NCBI GenBank assembly: GCA_037379345.1
Contig: CM074513.1
Coordinates: 15,376,001 to 15,440,000 of the forward strand
Direction: 5' to 3'
DNA length: 64,000 bases
DNA from: Perna viridis
Taxonomy: Eukaryota
Shown: in pieces, positions 57,314 to 64,000 of the stretch
Layout: every line of letters begins with the position of its first letter
Numbering within the stretch: the stretch's first letter is position 1
Made by a program: the position numbers and the translations under genes
Notes under the pieces: model-generated
Databases searched by the model: none
Seen by the model: the letters and a program-made list of their open reading frames with translations, nothing else
Told to the model about the DNA's origin: nothing

Positions 57314-60300
57314 ATGGCGGTTATTTCATCAGTATCATACGTGGTATTTGTTCTTTACTTTACATTACCCGTCATAAATGGCCACGGAATGATGATAGAA
57401 CCAGCCATGAGGTCGTCACTATGGAGATTTGACTACCCGGATGCTGTTCCAAATTACAATGACAATGGATTAAACTGTGGAGGATTCACGGTAAGATTTA
57501 TGCAAGAGTCACGTACGTTGTACTTTTTTTAAACTAATTTGTGTAGACAAGTCATATAACAAATTTATATACATTCCCTTTAAAGAATCGGGTTTGCCAA
57601 ATTCTTTATGATTTTAAGTTTTCTCATAATAAAGTATTAAAGTATTCCCAAATTCTTGTAGGAATCGAAAAATGTAACCGAATGAGACAAACAAATTTCG
57701 ACGTGTCATTCATATCAGGTGCCGGAAACTGAAGAGCAAAAAATTCTTTAATTTTTTTTCATTTTCTGTTTGATCATATTAAGTGCTTGGAAACTTTAGA
57801 CAACCATTTAACTTTATTTACGATTGTGTGTCTATCAAGTAGTCTTACTACTTGCTTATATCTCTGTGAATTAAAAACAACCTTTAAAGAACAAAAAATA
57901 TCTATACAGCCATCAATGCCAAATACACGTCAGTTTTTTTAAAACTAAAATACGAGGATATCAAATTTTTGTCTTGGTGACTTTTGGTCATTTACAAATT
58001 TGTGTTTTGACCTGTGAAATTTGACCCATTTCAGAACCAACATGAAAAACAGCATGGCAGATGTGGAGTATGTGGCGATCCGTACCAAGGTCCAAGAGAT
58101 AATGAATTCGGTGGAAAGTAAGTCAAGACTGTAAGATAATAATATACGGAATTTACCTCCGATATGAATAGGTGTTTTCTTACAGTTTTCAGTTTTTATA
58201 GTAAATTCTTGCCATGTTACCTTTACGAAAAGAAAAAAAAACACACGCTCACCAAAGACATGAAGTCGTGTTCATTATTATGCGTATATAATGTAAATAA
58301 ATAGTGATAAATTTCCTCGAAGACATGATAACAATATCTAGACGGTTTAGCGGAAACCAAAATGAAAAGAGTGTTGAAAAGGGGAAGAATATAATTATAG
58401 GATTAAAAAAAGAAGAATATAATTGTGGGGTAAAAAAAGAAGAATATAATAATGGGGTAAAAAAGGAAGAATGTAATGATGGTGAAGAGTCATCGAAATG
58501 GAAGGGCACGATTTTCAAAAAAAATAATTTCAATAAATAAACTATTTTCCTCCAAATTGGAATGGGATACATTCAGAGGCAACATGGGTACCGTCCCTAT
58601 TCATTTTAGGTTTGACAGAACATGAACTAAAAGCATTAAATGAAACACATTCCAAAAGGAAACAAAAAATGCACATCCATCAATGAAAGGCAAAGTTGTT
58701 ATAAATCACTATAAACATACAATATTTTTGCTGGAAAGTGACATCAAAATTGCCAGACATTATAAGCATCATTTATTTTCTAAGGAGAAAATAACGAGCC
58801 TTCGATTGCATGTGAAATCAAATCAATGGAAGGTTCCGTTTCAGAAAATTTAAAATTGGGGATGCCAGGCTACTATTTGCTAATTCTTTTAACAAAATTT
58901 TTGCCCACAATTGACAATTCTTAAAGGGGGAGAGTCTAACCCCCGGTTCTCTATCCCTAGATCCACCAATGAAAGAAAAATTGCTCTGTTGTACTTATAT
59001 ATTTAATATTCCTTTACGAAATTATAAACGGGGTCTGTTTTCCTTCCAGATATGCAAAAGGAATTATTGCTAAAACGTATAAAGCTGGACAATATATAAC
59101 CGTTGTATCGGATATAACAGCCAACCATGGTGGATTTATTGAAGTTAGGCTATGCCCACACAATAATGCACGAGCACCAGTTTCCCAGAGGTGCTTAAAC
59201 CAAAATTTATTGCAAATTAAAGGCCATGGAACCAGATACCTATTAACATCCAGTAAAAAGAGAAATTTCAGAATACGTCACACAGTTAAGCTTCCAGATT
59301 ACATCACCTGTAGACAATGTGTTCTGCAGTGGTTTTGGAAGGCCGGTTAGTAAGTATGCGACTTTGACTTTTTGTTCTAATATTGCTTCAGATTTCACGC
59401 GACGACAGACGTTTGATTTCTTGCTTACTGCAGTCATACCTTTTAAAATTCTCAGACATAATTCAAACCAAACGTCGTTTGAAAATCGAATAATGTCTCT
59501 TAAAGTCATTCACTTTTTCTTGACTGCAGTAGTCTTACATTTTTATTAAAGGGGTGGCTCCAGCGTCTATTATGAGTTTTGGACGTCGGATGCTGTTCTG
59601 AGCTTGATATTTCTGATCAATTAATTATCGACTTTTTTGTTTTGTTTTTGTTTTGTTTGTTTATTTTTGTTTGTTTGTTTGCTTGTTTTGTTATTGAGAT
59701 TTATAACTAAATGGTTAAAAATCCGTTAGACAGTGTGTGACGGTATGAAACTGAAATAAAATTAGAGAAGTTTAACTTTTTTATTGTCACGTTGTATTTC
59801 CTTAAATTGCTTGATTGAATCTCGTTTACTTCAAATTTTCAAATTAATAAGTGTGCCGTGGTTGCCCAGTATAACACCACGTTACTATTACAAGTATTCG
59901 TAAACGAAAGTACTAAAACATATTTATTACCAAGCCTGAAATACGTGTTTCAAGTAGTAACCTCTCATCCTCATCATTAAAATAAAAAAACAAATGAAGA
60001 AGATCTGAATAAAAAAATGTGTACAAGAAGTTCTCAAAACTATCGCTATTGATAGTCAAATCAACCATAAAAATAACGAACCAAACAAGATGCCTGCTTC
60101 CAGATTTCTAACAAGTAAAAATTGACATAACTAACGATCATATAAAAAAACGAGATAAAAATCAAAGACAATCGTCAAATAGATCTAATTAATATCACTT
60201 GCAAAATTTAGTAAAAGACGGAAAAAAATTAAAATACTAGAAATGATACTGATTTGGTAAAAGGAAACCCTGGTTGGTAGATGGTAACTTTACATGCTAA

Positions 60301-63300
60301 TAATATATCACGATGTTTATATCTTGATTTGTAGGTCAGCATAATGGGATAAATCCTGTTACAAATAAAGAATGCATAGGATGTGGAAGACAGGAAGAGT
60401 TTATAAACTGTGCTGATATTGCCATTACTGATGAGTTTGGACAGTTTCCAACTCCAGCACCTCAATTTCAGGCAACAACGCCAATGCCAATGTATGACCA
60501 GTTTCTATTTCAACAGAATGGAATGTATCCGGATTATTTCGATGAATTCAGTCCTTTCTATGGTGATCCGTCATTTTTAAACCCGTTCAACAGCCCATTT
60601 TTAAACAGCGAATTTGCAAGCTTGAATCAACAATTTGGCAATAACGAAATGCAAAATCCTAGCATGCATACCAATAATGGAATGCAGAACCGTGGTATGA
60701 AAACTAATATTGGAATGCAAAATCCATCAATGCACGCTAATAAAGGAATGCTGCAGAATACAGGTTTGCCTAGTAATAAAAGAATACAGAATCAAGGAAT
60801 GCATTCTAATAATCACATGCAAAATCCAAGTATGCTAGCCAACAACAAAATGCAAAATCCCTCAATGTTTGTCAATAACAGAATGCAAAATTCGGGAATG
60901 ATTGCAAATAACGGAATACAAACTCAAAATATATATGCCAATAATGGAATGCAACCCACAGGCATGCACAATATCTACCTGAAAGACCCATTAAGAGGAC
61001 TACCTCAACAAACGCCACAAAACGTGGGACCACGAGCAATGGTCCCAACAACTGCGGTAACCAGATCTCGTCCTTACACTCAAACTAGATATCAAACCAT
61101 TAACACCCGACCTACAGTAGCTAATAGTAACAGACGACCCTTAATACCAAGAAATAGAAGACCGGTTGTACCACGAACCAACAGTCCCCAAGTCAAACTA
61201 AATACAAACAAACAAATGCGTCCAGCTCTTGCTGATAACCAAAGAGTACCACCACAACCAAGCAGTAGTATTTCATATTCAACAAGAGCGCCAACGATTG
61301 GTCCTCAAGTTGTACAAAGAAAACTTATAACACAGCAGGAACCTAATTTTGGAGATTCTGATGTGGCTGAGGCTTTCGAGGATCTAATGGACAACGAAGG
61401 AGAGTTTTTAAAAAATATGGATTTTTGGAATGATTTTAACAAATTATTAAACATGTCTTCTCCAGAAACTAAACAAGCCCTTTATGAAATTGCAGATGAT
61501 GCGGAAAATTTGCAAGAATTTCATCGAAATGTCAGGCTTATGATGCAGATGATGGGTGACGGAGTAGACCCAAAAACTGCCGTGGAATTAGGAATTGACT
61601 CTGATGATTCTCTGGATATCAATTGGCTTTTAAAAGAAGCTAAAGAGCAAGGTTTGGACAGTGACGAATTGAGTCTTTTAGAGGACGCAAAAGATAAACG
61701 TGATAGTGGTGAAAGTGATAATAACGAAGAGAATGAAGAGAGTAGCACACAAGAAAAGCAAAAAATGCAATATTATGGCAACAATGATGAAAATCGATTG
61801 TTAGATGATTCGGGTATTGAAAGTGATGATAGTGCTCAATCCGATGGTAAAAACGATAAATTCGATTACAGTGATAGGGAAAGTTTTGAAAAGGAATATA
61901 ATTCTTTATCATCCGAAGAAGATCACTCTGAAATGGCAAACAACGATTTAAACAAGGATTATGATAGTGACGAGGATAGCTACCAACACAATGAGATCAA
62001 ACTTAATGTAAAAACCAGCAGCTCTAGTTTGAACTGGGGTTATAACCAACCAACTCCAACACCATCATCTGTTAGAACAAACCCATGGAACGAGAATTCT
62101 TTATACCGATCTAACGTTGACTACGATGACAAAGACGTAAATGTAGAGGGCGACTCTGTCAATGCATTTAAAAAGATTGTTCCAGGTTTCACAGAGAAAA
62201 CACCGTCCTATAATTACATGGAAATACAAAATAATAAATTACAGGTGAATACGTTTGGGAGCGATACTAATGACTATTCAGAATCGGAAAACGAAAAGGA
62301 AAATGAAGGAGATGATGTCGGGGATGGTGATGAAAACAAGAAGTGGAATAAATTTTCAGAGGAAAAGGAAGATAAACAACAGAATGAGCATTGGTCGGCG
62401 GGAGCTGTACCCGATATTTACGCAGGCACAGTCATTGTAACTTCTCGCAAGAGAGGTTCAAGGATAGACAATACTGGAAAGGAAAAAGAAAATGAAAATG
62501 AAATAGAAAATGAGGATAAAATATCTTCAAAGAATTCAAAACTTCTTGGAGTTAAAAAGGGCAAGAAAGTTTCGTCGTGGGGCGGTCAGGAAGGTAATTC
62601 TGCTGAAAAAGCCGAAAATGAAGTTGTAGAAAAATCCCCGGATGCAGAAAATGAAAAACCGGAAAAAGGTAGCTTGGATAAACAAAAAGAAGACGAAAAC
62701 TCAAACAACCTTATAGGTTTAACTACAATTTATCAGGAAGAAGGTGATGGAAAATCGGCAAATGAAGAAAATGAACTTAAACAATCTGTGAAAGAAAATA
62801 GCAAGAAATCTCTTAAAGAGGAAAATGAAATGAAAACGCTGAAGGAAGAAAATGAAATTAAATCACACAAAGAAGAAAATGAAATGAAATCACCGGAGGA
62901 AGAAATAAAAATAAAAACACCAAAGGAGGAAAACTCATTTGGTGAAATGAAAGTAGATTTGGCTGGCCATATTGGGGACAGTAATATAGTCAAACCAGAA
63001 GAAGACATTGGTGAATCAAAGAGTAACTCAGTTTTTATGAATAATCAGCAGTTTAGAAATGTTGACGATCCTAGCGAACCTGTTAAAAGTGCATCGAATT
63101 CCATGGGAGTAAAGCCGTTTATTGGTGATTCGCCAAAATTTATGGGAAATATGAAACAAGCACAAATGTTTTATCCTACGGCCTTTCCAGCTATGAACTC
63201 GTTTACGACCAGAGGTTCTCCTTTTATGATGATAGATAACAGGTATTCTACCCAGTATCAACAAACGCCCAATCAACAACATACTACAATGTCCGGTTTC

Positions 63301-63759
63301 CGAAAGCGTGTTCAGAACAGAATATCTAAGTCAATGGGTCATAATATTGATGATCCTGTCATGACACAACCTTTGACTCTCAAAGTCAAAATAAAATCTA
63401 CTAGAAAATCTAAAAAAGGATTATCTCCTAATCTTTCCAAACTGGTACTCAAGATGTTTATGAATAGTAAATCGGGTGCACCTCCTTGCGATGGAAATCT
63501 AAAATCGGTCTGCCGCCCAGTAAAGATGTGGAGCAAATATCAACAGGTGGCCGATTGGTGTACATCACTTTGTCCATATGGTCAGTGTCCGTCCGCTGTA
63601 TGCAAGTGTCAATGCACAGGCAGTCCCATGGGATCAGTAGGGCAGAAAAAATGTCGTGCAACTAATACTTACAAACAAAATTCGGGTGAACTCGATCAAT
63701 GGTGTCAAAAGACTTGCAGCAAAGGTGATTGCCCAGCATTGCTCTGTGTATGTTCATGA
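57314..63759 (+). CDS. Secreted AA15-type lytic polysaccharide monooxygenase with a giant low-complexity linker and two C-terminal Cys modules, about 1326 aa
   Basis: Exons 57314-57490, 58035-58117, 59050-59345, 60335-63759; total 3981 nt in frame. A 23-aa signal peptide precedes H-GMMIEPAMRSSLWR, then NDNGLNCGG, GRCGVCGD, TANHGG (second His), CRQCVLQWFW and CIGCGRQEEFINCADIAI. Confidence 0.92.
58384..58485 (+). repeat. Minisatellite of about 27 bp, 3-4 copies, in LPMO intron 2
   Basis: Units approximating GAAGAATATAATNNTGGGGTAAAAAAA. Confidence 0.7.
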
Positions 63760-64000
63760 AACCTTGTAAACTTGAAGTGAAGCTTCAAGTTTAAATCTCT
63801 TACGCATATTTTTTTTTATTCTAGCGTTTCCGAAATAACAGTATTTGTTCTAAGTATTGGAGATCGATGTTTTGTCCTGTGACTTATGTATTTGGTTCTA
63901 TACGGACAGTTCTGTTGATTGTATGTTGTTTCAAATCTGATATTTCGCCACATAGTTACCTAATACGTAGCTAGAAATGAAGCATTTGAAAAAATCATTA

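Noticed and set aside
58304-58540. KKEEYNxGV repeat ORF as an alternative LPMO exon
   Set aside because: It is an intronic minisatellite without convincing splice sites, and inclusion would disrupt the catalytic domain.

Overview
AT-rich, intron-rich animal genomic DNA; the repeat content and gene set suggest a bivalve mollusc, probably a mytilid (inference). I assembled five protein-coding loci by hand from splice signals. (1) STOML2/SLP-2 on the minus strand, 8 coding exons, running off the left edge. (2) A complete UPF1 on the minus strand, 23 coding exons, about 1105 aa, with a U12-type minor intron and upstream micro-ORFs. (3) A complete GLD-2/TENT2 cytoplasmic poly(A) polymerase on the plus strand, 12 coding exons, about 513 aa, head-to-head with UPF1. 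(4) An intronless ~2.1 kb ORF fusing a Ser/Thr kinase to an atypical Nudix-like domain, with a broken or ambiguous start. (5) A 4-exon secreted AA15-type lytic polysaccharide monooxygenase (LPMO) of about 1326 aa carrying a ~1000-residue biomineral-like low-complexity linker and two C-terminal 6-Cys modules. Introns and intergenic DNA hold many non-autonomous DNA transposons (some with readable TIRs and TSDs), SINE remnants and a decayed Penelope-like reverse transcriptase. The best candidates for new biology are the kinase-Nudix fusion and the giant LPMO.
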